Shown: positions 17,802-28,093 of the stretch, in pieces
Layout: each line of letters starts with the position of its first letter
How positions within the stretch are numbered: position 1 is the stretch's first letter
From: an uncultured Actinomycetes bacterium
GTDB taxonomy: Bacteria > Actinomycetota > Thermoleophilia > Gaiellales > Gaiellaceae
Assembly (NCBI GenBank): GCA_963816455.1
Contig: CAWFKM010000021.1
Location: 14,514-78,513, forward strand
DNA: 64,000 nucleotides
Reading direction: 5' to 3'
Made by a program: the position numbers and the translations under genes
The notes under the pieces: model-generated
Database searches by the model: none
What the model was told of the DNA's origin: nothing
The model's input: the letters and a program-made list of their open reading frames with translations, nothing else

Positions 17802-19275
17802 CTAGCCCTTGCGGTCGAGATAGATATCGACGTATCCCGGCTGGAGTTGGTAGTGGAGCCGGCGCGCGTACCGCGCGCGGATCCCGGACACGATCGCTGG
17901 CTTCGTCTGGAACATCCGGCCGATGATGACGGCCGTCGGCTTCGTCCGGTCGATCAGCCGGAGCACACCGGCCGGCGGCAGGTCCTCGTCCGCGATCCGC
18001 GCGATCGACGTGTCGATCAGCTGGCCCGGCATCTGCCGGCGCGCGAAGTACGGGACGATCGGCAGGTCGGAGACGACGAGCTGTCCCGGCTGTCGTGTGC
18101 GTTTGCAGCTGCCGCACAGCCCACGCGATCTCCGGCGGCTCGTGCGCCGACGCCGCGACCATCTCGTTGCGCTGCTTGACGATGCCGGCGATCGCAAATG
18201 CCGCGACGGCGGCGGCGAGTGCGATTCCGGCGGGACGCCGCAGCCCGAGCTCCGCGACGAGCAGCCCGAGGCCGACGCCTGCGGGGAGCGCGATCGAGAC
18301 GGCGAGGAAGACCATGTGGTGGTCGTTGAGCGGATGCATCACCAGGACGAAGGCGTACCCGCCGACGATCCAGAGCCACAGTGCCGCGAGCAGCCGCCGC
18401 TCGCGTCCGCGTACTGCGAGGATGATCGACGCGATCGCGCCGGCGATGAAGAGACACCCCGACGGCGTGCGCGGGTCGACGAATGTCGCCGCGCGGTGCA
18501 CGTTCGACGTCGCGGTGTGCGAGCCGAGGATCCGCGCATGCGTGACGAAGACGCCGTGCCAGATCTGCGGCAGCGCGTTGCGATACGCGATGACGATCAA
18601 CGCGATGACGGCGGCGAAGCCGGCCGGCGGCCACAGGAGCCGGCGTGCGAGCGGCCCCGTTCCGCAGAGAAGGGCGAGCGCCGCGATCGGCAGCGCCGCC
18701 GTCAGCCCCGGCAGCTTCACCGAGGTCGCGGCGGCGAGGACGACTCCGGAGCCGAACGCGGCCCACGCGCGGAACCGGCCGCGATAGGCGATGACGGCGA
18801 GCGCGACGGCGACCACCGCGAGCGCCGCGGATGCAGGCTCCGACTCGACGGTCGCCGCGAACCCCGGCAGCGGCCGCGCGACGGCCATCACCGCGGCGGC
18901 GACGATCCCGGCGACCGGGCCGCCGGCGATCCGGCCGCAGACGTACGCGGCGACGACCGCGGCGAGCGTGACGACCGCGAGCCCGGTCCGAACGCCGGTG
19001 AGCGAGTTGCCGAAGGGATACGAGACGGCGACGAGGAGCACGTACCAGCCGGGCGGCTGGTCGAGGAACACGTCCTTCCCGAGCGCCTGGCCGTGGCGCA
19101 GCGCGTCGAGGCTCCCGAGGTAGTTCCCCTCGTCGAAGTTCGGATACGAGTGGACGTCGCGCGTCCAGAGGTAGAGCGCCGCCGCAAGGACGAGTGCCAG
19201 CGCGCCCGCTTCCGCGACGAGCGACGCCGGCAGCGCGCGCGCGCCGCGGTGCCCGGCGGCGACCGGCGTGCTCAC
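17802..19275 (-). CDS. GT-C-like (GT39/GT83-like) integral membrane glycosyltransferase; one frame break near 18090
   Basis: The GTG at 19275 overlaps the upstream stop (GTGA). [66 protein letters not shown].. (ORF 17497..19872 frame). The C-terminus is [41 protein letters not shown] (ORF 17802..18197). Confidence 0.7.
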
Positions 19276-20264
19276 GAGCTCCGGAGCTCCGCCGGCGGCT
19301 GCGGCTGCTGTCGCGGCAGCGTCACGCCGTCGAAGCCGTGGAGCTCGCGCACGAGGTACAGCGGGCGCGCCTTCACCTCGTCGTAGATGCGGCCGACGTA
19401 CTCGCCCACGACGCCGATCACGATCAGCTGGATCCCGCCGATGAACGACGTGACGAGAACGATCGTCAGCCAGCCGGGGACGAGAAACGCGCCGAAGAAC
19501 TTGGAGAGGAGCGTCGCGAGCCCGAACAGGAAGGCGAGGAGTGAGACGACGAAGCCGATGTCGAGCACGATTCGGAGCGGCTTCGTCGAGAAGCTGAGCA
19601 GACCGTCCGTCGCGAGGCGCACCATTCGCCGCACGGTGTACTTCGAGCTCCCGGCGTGACGCGGTGGCACCTCGTACGAGACGCCGATCTGGCGGAAGCC
19701 GAGCCACGCGAACATGCCGCGGACGAAGCGGTTCTGCTCCGGCATCGAGCGGAACGCGTCGATCACGCGCCGGTCGGCGAGCCGGAAGTCGCCGGACGCG
19801 GCGGGGATGTCGACGGTCGCGAGGCGCCGCAGCAGGCGGTAGTACATGCGCGCGGTCGTGCGCTTGAACCATCCCTCCGGCCGCGCGGCCATCACGCCGT
19901 AGACGACCTCGTAGCCGTCGCGCCAGCGCGCCGCGAGCTCCGGGATCAACTCCGGCGGATGCTGGAGATCGCCGTCCATCACGATCACGGCGTCGCCGCG
20001 CGCGAGGTCGATCCCGGCGGTGATCGCGAGCTGATGTCCGAAGTTGCGGGCGAGCTGCGCGACCTTGAAGCGTGGATCGCTCTTGTTCATCTCGACGAGC
20101 ATCAGGTAGCCGAGGTCGGTGCTGCCGTCGTCGACGAAGATCGCCTCGGCGTGACCGTCGAGGCCGGCGAACACCGCGGTCAGGCGGCGTTGAAGCTCCG
20201 GCAGGGACTCCTGCTCGTTGTAGATCGGGATGACGACGGAGTAGGTGGGGGCAGAAGTGCTCAC
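19272..20264 (-). CDS. GT2-family glycosyltransferase (ArnC/GtrB/DPM1-like); intact
   Basis: Lies within the ORF 19272..22895 frame, from the GTG at 20264. [97 protein letters not shown]. Confidence 0.85.
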   Translation of the reverse strand: MSTSAPTYSVVIPIYNEQESLPELQRRLTAVFAGLDGHAEAIFVDDGSTDLGYLMLVEMNKSDPRFKVAQLARNFGHQLAITAGIDLARGDAVIVMDGDLQHPPELIPELAARWRDGYEVVYGVMAARPEGWFKRTTARMYYRLLRRLATVDIPAASGDFRLADRRVIDAFRSMPEQNRFVRGMFAWLGFRQIGVSYEVPPRHAGSSKYTVRRMVRLATDGLLSFSTKPLRIVLDIGFVVSLLAFLFGLATLLSKFFGAFLVPGWLTIVLVTSFIGGIQLIVIGVVGEYVGRIYDEVKARPLYLVRELHGFDGVTLPRQQPQPPAELRSS

Positions 20265-20266
20265 CG

Positions 20267-21962
20267 TCAGGGCACGCGGACTGTAACGGGCGGCCCGATC
20301 GAGAACACGTCGCCCTGGAGCGGATCGTTCAGCCAGTTCGCCTGCAACGCCAGTCGGTATGTCCACGTGCCCTTGCCCGGCCGGTCGACCCAGCCGCGGC
20401 CGGGGTGATTGCCGACGTCGTCCATCGTCAGCGAGCAGTTGTCGCTCGCGTGCGCGACCGGAACGCAGACGGCGCCGCCGTTCGGCGCGCCGCTGCGCCA
20501 GATCCGGTAGATGACCTTCGCCGCGGACGGCTGCTTCGGGTTCCAGCGCAGGAGCACGCTGCGTCCGACCTGCGTCGCCGACAGCTGCAGCGCCGGGTCG
20601 ACCGGGCGAATCAGGATGTCGGACTCGTAGGCCCGAGGGTTCGGCCCGTGCAACGGATGCGCGGCCGCGATCACGACGAGCGGCGACAGCGCGAAGACGA
20701 CGATCGCCGCGCCGAGCAGCCCGAGACGCGTGCGCCGGCTCAACGCGGTGCGCACCGTCGGCGGGCTCGGCCACCGGCCCTTCTTGCCGCGCGGCCAGAG
20801 GTAGACGAGCGACGCGAGCAGGATCAGGAACGCGGGAAACGACGGCATCATGATCCGGAGGAAGCTGCCGCCGAGGATGCCTGCCTGCGCGTACGTTCCC
20901 TTCGTCACGACGAAGGCGCCGAACCAGCCGCCGACCACGAGCGCGGCGGTGAACGACCGCTTGGCGAGCCCGATGAGCCCGGCGAGGACGAGCCACTCGA
21001 TCACGCGCATGCTCCAGAAGTGCTCCTTGATGCCGAGCAGGTTGTTGTTCAGCTGGCCCCAGTTGAACGACACGTAGTGATGGAGCGGGTTGAACGCGAC
21101 GAGCCCGCTCCCCGCGCCGAGTGCGAGCCGCCGCGTCTCCTCCGAGTTGAAGAGCGGAAGGTCTCCGAGACTTCGGTACTTCCAGAGTGCGAGCGTGACG
21201 ACTGCGGGCGCGAGGCCGGCCGCCATGTACGCGGCGCCGAGAAACCGCCGTCGCCACGCGAGCGCAAGAATCGGACCGAGGAGGAAGACCGAGTTCGACG
21301 GCTTGATCGCGATCGCCATGCCCGCGGCGAGCCCGGCCGCGACCGCGTCGATCCAGTCCATCCGGTCGAGGACGCGGAACGTGAAGTAGACCGCGACGAG
21401 CACGCCGACCGTCGACGGGAAGTCCGCCATCGCGGTCAGGCCGTACGACTGCGGCAGCGTCACCTCGGTGTAGATCTGGTGGTAGCCGAGGTCGGTGTAC
21501 TTGATGCCGATCAGCGGCACGACGATCCAGCACAACGTCGCCCAGTACCCGAACACGCGGCCGCCGATCCGGTCGGCGATTCCGTAGATGCAGAGAAGCG
21601 CGACCGGCGCGAGCACGAGGACGTTGAACAGGACGATCGCGGGCAGCGCCGGCACGAGCGTCGGCCCGCCGATCCAGCTCATCGGAATGTCGAGGTACGC
21701 AAGGCCCGGACCGACGACGCCCGCGCGGCAGCGTTCCGTGGCCGAGCAGCCAGCCGCTGCCGTAGTACCAGAGCTGGTCGCCGCCCTGGTAGAAGAGCCA
21801 GCCGTTGTGGCGCACGTCGAGCGCGAGGCCGAGCGTGACGAGCCACTGCACCGCGATCGCGGGCGCGAGCAGCACGACCGGGCGCACGTTCGTGAGCCAG
21901 GCGTGGACGCGCGGCAGCGTCCCCCACGCACGGCGGCCGGCGTCGTACGCGACGCTGGTCAC
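20267..21962 (-). CDS. Large polytopic membrane protein (GT-C-like) with a C-terminal beta-rich extracytoplasmic domain; one frame break near 21720
   Basis: The GTG at 21962 overlaps the fcl stop (GTGA). [59 protein letters not shown] (ORF 19272..22895 frame). It continues as [48 protein letters not shown].. and the tail ..[32 protein letters not shown] (ORF 20267..21931). Confidence 0.6.
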
Positions 21963-22895
21963 GTCGAGGCGGTTCCCGCCGGCTGGTGGCTGCGATACCA
22001 GGCGATCGTCCGCTCGAGACCTTCGCGCAACGACGTGTGCGCGCGGAAGCCGAAGAGCTCCTCGGCGCGGGAGACGTCGAGCTGGCGGCGCGGCTGGCCG
22101 TTCGGCTTCGTCGCGTCCCAGACGATCGTCGCCGTCGAAGCCGGTCAGCTCGCCGATCAGCTCGGCGAGGTCGCGGATCGCGATCTCGGCGCCGGTGCCG
22201 AGGTTCACGGGCTCCGGCCCGTCGTACCGCTGCGCCGCGAGCTGGATCGCCTCGGCGCAGTCGTCGACGTAGAGGAACTCGCGCGTCGGCGAGCCGTCGC
22301 CCCAGAGCACGATCTCGCGCTCGCCGCGCTCCTGCGCGTCGACCATCTTGCGGATCAGCGCGGGGATCACGTGCGACGTCTCGAGATCGAAGTTGTCGCG
22401 CGGGCCGTAGAGGTTGACCGGCAGCAGGTAGACGGTCTCGAGCTCGTACTGCTCGCGGTAGCCCTGCGCCCCGACGAGCAGCGCCTTCTTCGCGACGCCG
22501 TACGGCGCGTTCGTCTCCTCCGGATAGCCGTTCCAGAGGTCCTCCTCGCGGAACGGGATCGGCGCGAACTTCGGATAGGCGCAGATCGTTCCGATCAGGA
22601 CGACCTTGCGCGTCGCCTGCACGCGGCTCTGCTCGAGCACGTGCGCGCCCATCATCAGGTTCGCGTACCAGTAGCGGCCCGGGTTCGCGCGGTTCGCGCC
22701 GATGCCGCCGACCTCGGCGGCGAGATGGATCACGAGCTCCGGCCGGACCTCGGCGAACAGCCGCTCGACGTCGGTGGCGACCGTCAGGTCGTAGTCGCGC
22801 CGCCGCGGCACGAACGGGTCGAGACCGTCCGCGCGGAGCCGCTCGACCAGATGCGAGCCCAGGAAGCCCGCTCCACCCGTGACCAGGACACGCAC
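21959..22895 (-). CDS. fcl: GDP-L-fucose synthase (GDP-4-keto-6-deoxy-D-mannose 3,5-epimerase/4-reductase); one extra base near 22125
   Basis: [106 protein letters not shown]. After ELTGFDG the peptide continues one base out of frame as [48 protein letters not shown] to TGA 21959-21961. Confidence 0.85.
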
Positions 22896-22942
22896 CGGCC
22901 AAGGGTATCGCGGGACCGTTACGGAACCGTGAGCGTCCGGCT

Positions 22943-24448
22943 GTGTCTGCTTTGATCGGGGGCGTGGAAGCCGCCAGCCCCCCGCAGCGCCGGAGCGCCG
23001 TCCGCAGCGGCCTCCTCACCGGGTTCGCCCAGGTCGTCATCGCGTTCGCCGCGGCCGGCGCGGGAGCGCTGCTCGCGCACAAGTTCGGGCGCACCGCGGA
23101 GACCGACGGCTTCCTCGGCGCGTACGCGGTGTACATCGTCCTCGTCTTCGCGGCGCAGTCGTTCCGGATGGTCGTCGTGCCGGACCTGACGCGGGCGCGG
23201 GAGCTCGGCACGCTCGGCGGCGAGACCCGTGCGTTCGGGGTCGCGATCCTGACGCTCGCGGTTCCCGTGTCCCTGCTCGTCGCGCTGCTCGCGACGCAGC
23301 TCGGCGACCTCTTGACGGGGAAGCTGCCGCCGGTGGCGGCGCACGTCGCGGCGCGCGCGCTCGTCGTTCTCGTGCCCGCCGCGTTCGTGCAGCTGCTGGC
23401 GGCGCTCGGCGCCGGCGCGCTCGCTGCGCTCGACAGCTACGGCACCGCCGCGGCGGGATTCGCGCTCGGCGGGATCTCCGGGTTGATCGTGTTCGCCGCG
23501 CTCGCGGACCAGCACGGCGTCGTCGCGCTCGCGTGGGGTCTCGGCGTCAACGCGACGATCGCGCTGACCGTGCCGGTCGTGTCGCTGATGCGGCGGGGAG
23601 CGCTCGGCGGTCCGTGGCCGGAACGGCTGGAGATCGGGCCGCGGCTGCGGCATCTCGTGCAGGGCGCGGCGGTTCCCGTCGCGTTGTCGGGCTGCTACCT
23701 GTTGGCGCTGCGGCTCGCCGCGTACCTCGGAGTCGGCCGCGTCTCGAGCTTCTCGTACGCGTATCTCGCCGCGTCGACGATCGTCGGTGCGACGGCGTTC
23801 TCGCTCGGGCTGATCTCGTCGGCGCCGCTGACGCGGCGCGGCATCGACCCGGTCGCGGCGGGCCGCCACATCGTCGATGCGGCGTGGATCAGCCTCGTTC
23901 TCGCCGGTCCGGTCGCCGGAATCGTCGCGCTCGTCGGCGGCCGGATCATGGGCGTGCTCCTCGGCAGCGCGTACGGCGGCGGCGTCGGGCAGGAGCTCGG
24001 GCATCTCGTCGTCTACCTCGCGCTCTGGATGCTCGCGTGGGTCTGCTTCGCGGTGACGTTCCCGCTCGTGTTCGTCGCGGAGAAGCGCTGGACGCTCGTG
24101 CCGCTCGCGATCATCGGCTTCGTCATCTGCATTCCGGTCGGGCTCGGGCTGCGCACGCTGTGGGGGCTCCAGGGTCTCGCGATTGCGCTCGGCGTCGCGG
24201 CGTCCGTGATCGCCGCCGGGCTGATCTGGACGATCTCGATGCAGACGCTGAAGATCGCCGCGGCCGGGCTCGGACGGCTCGTCGTCGTGATCGGCGGCGC
24301 GACGTTGCTGGCGTTCGGCGGCGCCTCACTGCTGCTGCAGCCGATCCCGGCGGCCGTGGTCGGCGCAGTCGTCTACGCGGGCGTGATCTACGCGCTGCGC
24401 TCGCTCGGGCTGCGCGAGGCGTGGGCGTACGTGCGGGGGCTGAATTGA
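22943..24448 (+). CDS. MurJ/MviN/Wzx-like (MOP superfamily) lipid-linked glycan flippase; intact
   Basis: 501-aa ORF with about 12-14 hydrophobic spans. [35 protein letters not shown]. It is divergent from fcl and coupled to gmd. Confidence 0.7.
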   Translation: MSALIGGVEAASPPQRRSAVRSGLLTGFAQVVIAFAAAGAGALLAHKFGRTAETDGFLGAYAVYIVLVFAAQSFRMVVVPDLTRARELGTLGGETRAFGVAILTLAVPVSLLVALLATQLGDLLTGKLPPVAAHVAARALVVLVPAAFVQLLAALGAGALAALDSYGTAAAGFALGGISGLIVFAALADQHGVVALAWGLGVNATIALTVPVVSLMRRGALGGPWPERLEIGPRLRHLVQGAAVPVALSGCYLLALRLAAYLGVGRVSSFSYAYLAASTIVGATAFSLGLISSAPLTRRGIDPVAAGRHIVDAAWISLVLAGPVAGIVALVGGRIMGVLLGSAYGGGVGQELGHLVVYLALWMLAWVCFAVTFPLVFVAEKRWTLVPLAIIGFVICIPVGLGLRTLWGLQGLAIALGVAASVIAAGLIWTISMQTLKIAAAGLGRLVVVIGGATLLAFGGASLLLQPIPAAVVGAVVYAGVIYALRSLGLREAWAYVRGLN

Positions 24449-25425
24449 GCGCGCCGCGCGCGATCGTCACCGGAATCGCGGGCCAGGACGGCTCGTATCT
24501 CGCGGAGCAGTTGCTCGACCGCGGCTACGACGTCGTCGGGATCGTCCGCACCGCGCCGGGCGACGCGTACCCGAATCTCGAGGCCGTGCGCGACCGGATC
24601 GAGCTCGTCCAGGCGAACCTGCTCGACCGTGATGCACTTGTCGCCGTGCTCACCGAGCACGCGCCGCGCGAGGTCTACAACTTCGCGTCGCCGTCGTTCG
24701 TGCCGATCTCGTGGGAGCAGCCGGTCGTGACCGCGGAGTTCGCGGCGGTCGGCGTCACGTCGCTGCTCGAGGCGGTGCGCGCGGTCGACTCCGGCATCCG
24801 GATCTACCAGGCGTCGTCGAGCGAGATCTTCGGCGAACCGTCGGAGGTGCCGCAGACCGAAGCGACGCCGCTCTCGCCCGTCACGCCGTACGGCGTCGCG
24901 AAGGCGTACGGGCACTTCATCATCCGCTCGTACCGCCGCCGCTACGGGCTCCACGCGAGCTGCGGGATCCTCTACAACCACGAGTCGCCGCGGCGCCCGG
25001 TGAACTTTCTCCCGAGCAAGGTCGCGCATGCGGCCGCGGCGATCTCGCTCGGGCTCGAGGAGGAGCTGCTGCTCGGCGATCTCACCGCGCAGCGCGACTG
25101 GGGCTATGCCGGCGACTACGTCGACGCGATGTGGCGGATGCTCCAGCAGGACGAGGCCGAGGACTACGTGATCGCGACGGGCTCGCTCCACTCGGTGCAG
25201 GAGCTCGTCGAGCTGGCGTTCGCGCACGTCGGCCTCGACTGGCGGGCCCACGTCCGGGTCGACCCCTCGCTGCTACGAGGCCAGGCCGAGCTCCACCATC
25301 TCGTCGGCGACGCCTCCCGCGCGCGCGACCGGCTCGACTGGGAGCCCCAGGTCGGCTTCGAAGAGCTCGTGGCGCTGCTGGTCGACGCGGCCCGCGAGCG
25401 GCTCCTTCCGCTCACGAGTTCGTAA
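24445..25425 (+). CDS. gmd: GDP-mannose 4,6-dehydratase; intact
   Basis: The TTG at 24445 overlaps the flippase stop (TTGA), in the ORF 23533..25425 frame. AIVTGIAGQDGSYLAEQLLDRGYDVVGIVR..VYNFASPSFVPISWEQP..IYQASSSEIFG..SPVTPYGVAKAYGHFIIRSYRRRYGLHASCGILYNHESPRR..RDWGYAGDYVDAMWRMLQ. Confidence 0.9.
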   Translation: MSAPRAIVTGIAGQDGSYLAEQLLDRGYDVVGIVRTAPGDAYPNLEAVRDRIELVQANLLDRDALVAVLTEHAPREVYNFASPSFVPISWEQPVVTAEFAAVGVTSLLEAVRAVDSGIRIYQASSSEIFGEPSEVPQTEATPLSPVTPYGVAKAYGHFIIRSYRRRYGLHASCGILYNHESPRRPVNFLPSKVAHAAAAISLGLEEELLLGDLTAQRDWGYAGDYVDAMWRMLQQDEAEDYVIATGSLHSVQELVELAFAHVGLDWRAHVRVDPSLLRGQAELHHLVGDASRARDRLDWEPQVGFEELVALLVDAARERLLPLTSS

Positions 25426-25451
25426 CACCGCCTCTTTACAATCCCGGCGAA

Positions 25452-25766
25452 ATGTCTGAGCAGCAGGAGCTTTCGGTCGACGAGGTCTACGCGCGCCTGC
25501 GGGAGGCGGTCGACCGGGACTCCCGCGACCTCGCCGCGACCCGCGGGCTCGCCGAGCGGTTCTGGCCCGTCAGCGCCGACGTTCCGCTCGAGCGGCGGCC
25601 CGGCCCGAAGGGCTGGCTCGCGTTCCAGGTGAAGCGCGTCCTGCGGAAGTCGATGCGGTGGTACGTCGAGCCCGCGTTCGCCGAGCAGCGGATCGTCAAC
25701 GACGCGCTGCTCCGGCTCGTCGACGACCTTACGCGCCGCGTCGACGAGCTCGAGAGCAGAAAGTGA
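25452..25766 (+). CDS. Hypothetical small protein (104 aa; helical or coiled-coil look)
   Basis: The ATG at 25452 is in the ORF 24711..25766 frame. MSEQQELSVDEVYARLREAV..RPGPKGWLAFQVKRVLRKSMRWYVEPAFAEQRIVNDALLRLVDDLTRRVDELESRK. Its stop overlaps the next GTG (GTGA). Confidence 0.5.
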   Translation: MSEQQELSVDEVYARLREAVDRDSRDLAATRGLAERFWPVSADVPLERRPGPKGWLAFQVKRVLRKSMRWYVEPAFAEQRIVNDALLRLVDDLTRRVDELESRK

Positions 25767-26797
25767 GACTGGCGGTCTGCATTCCGCAGGTGCCGTTCGA
25801 GCGCGGCGGCGCCGAGATCTTCGCGGACGACCTCGTCGCGCAGCTGCGCGCGCGCGACCACGAGGCGGAGCTCGTCACCGTGCCGTTCAAGTGGTATCCC
25901 GGCGAGCGCGTGCTGACGCAGGCGTTCCTCTGGCGGCTGCTCGATCTCGAGGAGGCGAACGGGCGGCCGGTGGACGCGGTGATCGCGACGAAGTTCCCGT
26001 CGTACGCGATTCGCCATCCGCGGAAGGTCGTCTGGCTCGTGCACCAGTTCCGGCAGGCGTGGGACTTCGACCGAACCGAGCTCGGACAGTTCTCGGAGTC
26101 GGCGGAGGACCGCGCGCTGCGGCGTCGCATCCTCGCGTTCGAGCGGACGGCGTTGTCGGAGGCGCGCGCGATCTTCGCGACGTCCAACAACGTCGCCGGG
26201 AGGCTGCGCGGCTCGACCGGGCTCGAGGCGGAGATCATGCCGCACCCGCCCGCGCCGCTCGCGTATCGCTGCGACGGCTACGACGACTTCGTGTTGTCCG
26301 TGGGTCGGCTCGACCGAACGAAGCGCGTCGACCTGCTGCTCGAGGCGGCGGCAGCCGAGCCCGGGCTGCGCGTCGTGATCGCCGGCGACGGGCCGGAGCG
26401 CGAGCGGCTCGAGCGGCTCGCGCGCGACCGCGGGCTCAACGGGCGCGCCGAGTTCGCCGGCCGCGTCTCCGACGAGCAGCTCGCCGATCTCTACGCGCGC
26501 TGTCTCGGCGTCTACTACGCGCCCGTCGACGAGGACTTCGGGATGGTTCCGTTCGAGGCGTTCCTCTCCGAGAAGCCGGTGCTCACGACGACCGACGCCG
26601 GCGGTCCGCTCGACATCGTCCACGACCGCGAGACCGGACTCGTCGTCGCGCCGAGCGCCGAGGACGTCGCGCGCGGCTGCGCGTGGCTGCGCGGGCACAC
26701 GGACGAGGCGCGCACGTTCGGCCGCGCGGGGCGCGAGCTTGCGAGCGGCGTCACGTGGGATTCCTGCATCGACCGGTTGCTCGCCGCCGTCGCCTGA
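25763..26797 (+). CDS. GT4-family glycosyltransferase; intact
   Basis: GTG at 25763 in ORF 25658..26797. VRLAVCIPQVPFERGGAEIFADDLVAQLRARDHE..VLSVGRLDRTKRVDLLLEAA..VIAGDGPERERLE..YYAPVDEDFGMVPFEAFLSEKPVLTTTDAGGPLDIVHDRETGLVV. Confidence 0.85.
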   Translation: MRLAVCIPQVPFERGGAEIFADDLVAQLRARDHEAELVTVPFKWYPGERVLTQAFLWRLLDLEEANGRPVDAVIATKFPSYAIRHPRKVVWLVHQFRQAWDFDRTELGQFSESAEDRALRRRILAFERTALSEARAIFATSNNVAGRLRGSTGLEAEIMPHPPAPLAYRCDGYDDFVLSVGRLDRTKRVDLLLEAAAAEPGLRVVIAGDGPERERLERLARDRGLNGRAEFAGRVSDEQLADLYARCLGVYYAPVDEDFGMVPFEAFLSEKPVLTTTDAGGPLDIVHDRETGLVVAPSAEDVARGCAWLRGHTDEARTFGRAGRELASGVTWDSCIDRLLAAVA

Positions 26798-26798
26798 C

Positions 26799-28093
26799 GT
26801 GAAGGTCGCGTACTTTTCACCGCTGCCGCCGGATACGTCCGGCATCGCCGACTACTCGGCGCTGCTCCTGCCCGCGCTCGAGCAGCTCGTCGAGGTCGAG
26901 GTCGTGCGCCCGGGTCGCACGCGGCCGGTCGGCGGCGCAGACGTCTCGCTCTACCACATCGGCAACAACCCGGACGCGCACGCGTGGATCGTCGACGCGC
27001 TGCGACGGCAGCCGGGAGTCGTCGTCCTGCACGACTGGGTGATCCACCATCTCGTCGCGGGAATGACGATCGGGCGGAAGGACGGTCACGCGTATCTCGC
27101 GGCGATGGAGCGCGAGGCCGGCGTGCCCGGACGGCTGCTCGGCTACGGCGTCCTCGAGGGACGGCTGCCGCCGCTCTGGGAGGTGCGGCCGGAGGAGTTC
27201 CCGCTCGCCGGCGAGGTGCTCGACCGCGCGACGGGGCTCATCGTCCACTCGCACTACGTCGAAGACCACGCGCGCGAGCACGGCTACGACGGGCCGCTCT
27301 GGCGGATCCCGCATCCGGCGTGGCCGGCGCCCGCGGTCGAGGCGGCGGCGGTCGACGGCGCGCCGCTGATCGGCTGCTTCGGGCATCTGAACGAGAGCAA
27401 GCGCGTGCCGCAGCTGCTGCGCGCGTTCGCAGAGCTGCGGCGCGCGCATCCCGGCGCGCGGCTGCTGCTCGTCGGCTCGGAGGCGCCCGGTTTCGACCTC
27501 GCGGGACGGCTGGAGCGGATCGGGCTCGACGCGGACGGCGTGATCCGCGAGGGCTACGTGGAGGAGGCTCGGCTCTGGTCGCTGATGGCGGCGTGCGACG
27601 CGTGCGTGCTGCTTCGCGCGCCGACGATGGGGGAGACGTCGGGCAGCGCGATCCGGACGCTCTCGCTCGGCAAGCCGCTCGTCGTCAGCGACGTCGGCTG
27701 GTTCGCGGAGCTGCCGGACGACGTCGCGCTGAAGGTTCCCGTCGGCGGCGAACGAGGAGGTCGACGCGCTCGCGGCGGCGCTCGGCGACGCTCGCCGATC
27801 CCGCCGTCGCGGCGCGCATGGGCGAGGCCGCGCGCGCGTACGTCGAGCGGGAGAACGACCTCGGGCGCGTCGCCGGCCTCTACGCCGCCGCGCTGGAGGA
27901 GGCCGCCGGCGACGCGTTCGTCCGCGAGGGCGTGCTCCGCGAGGTCGCCGCGGCCGCCGCGGACACCGGCGTCGAACCGGAGCTGCTGGCGCCGGAGCTG
28001 CGCGCGGCCGCGCTCGTCTCGCCGGACGGACGTGCCCCTGCGGGCCACGTCCCGGTGCCTGGCACCGGGACCCGGCTCCTGCGGTCCTGGCCG
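26799..28093 (+). CDS. GT4-family glycosyltransferase; one frame break near 27740; no stop before the next gene
   Basis: GTG at 26799 (ORF 26739 frame). VKVAYFSPLPPDTSGIADYSALLLPAL..LYHIGNNPDAHAWIVDAL..VVLHDWVIHHL..IGCFGHLNESKRVPQLLRAF..VLLRAPTMGETSGSAIRTLSLGKPLVVSDVGWF. It continues in the ORF 26984 frame (LADPAVAARMGEAARAYVERENDLGRVAGLYAAALE..). All three frames are stop-free from about 27960 to 28094, so the 3' end is undefined. Confidence 0.7.
28049..28071. repeat. Palindromic repeat, copy 3 (core GGTGCCTGGCACC)
   Basis: GTCCCGGTGCC-T-GGCACCGGGAC, a perfect 11+11 palindrome about 20 nt upstream of the ATG at 28094. Confidence 0.85.

Noticed and set aside
19272-22895. 1207-aa minus-strand ORF
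   Set aside because: It spans fcl, the N-terminus of the 20267-21962 membrane gene and the GT2 gene 19272-20264. These happen to share a frame, with out-of-frame low-complexity stretches in between. It is four genes, not one.
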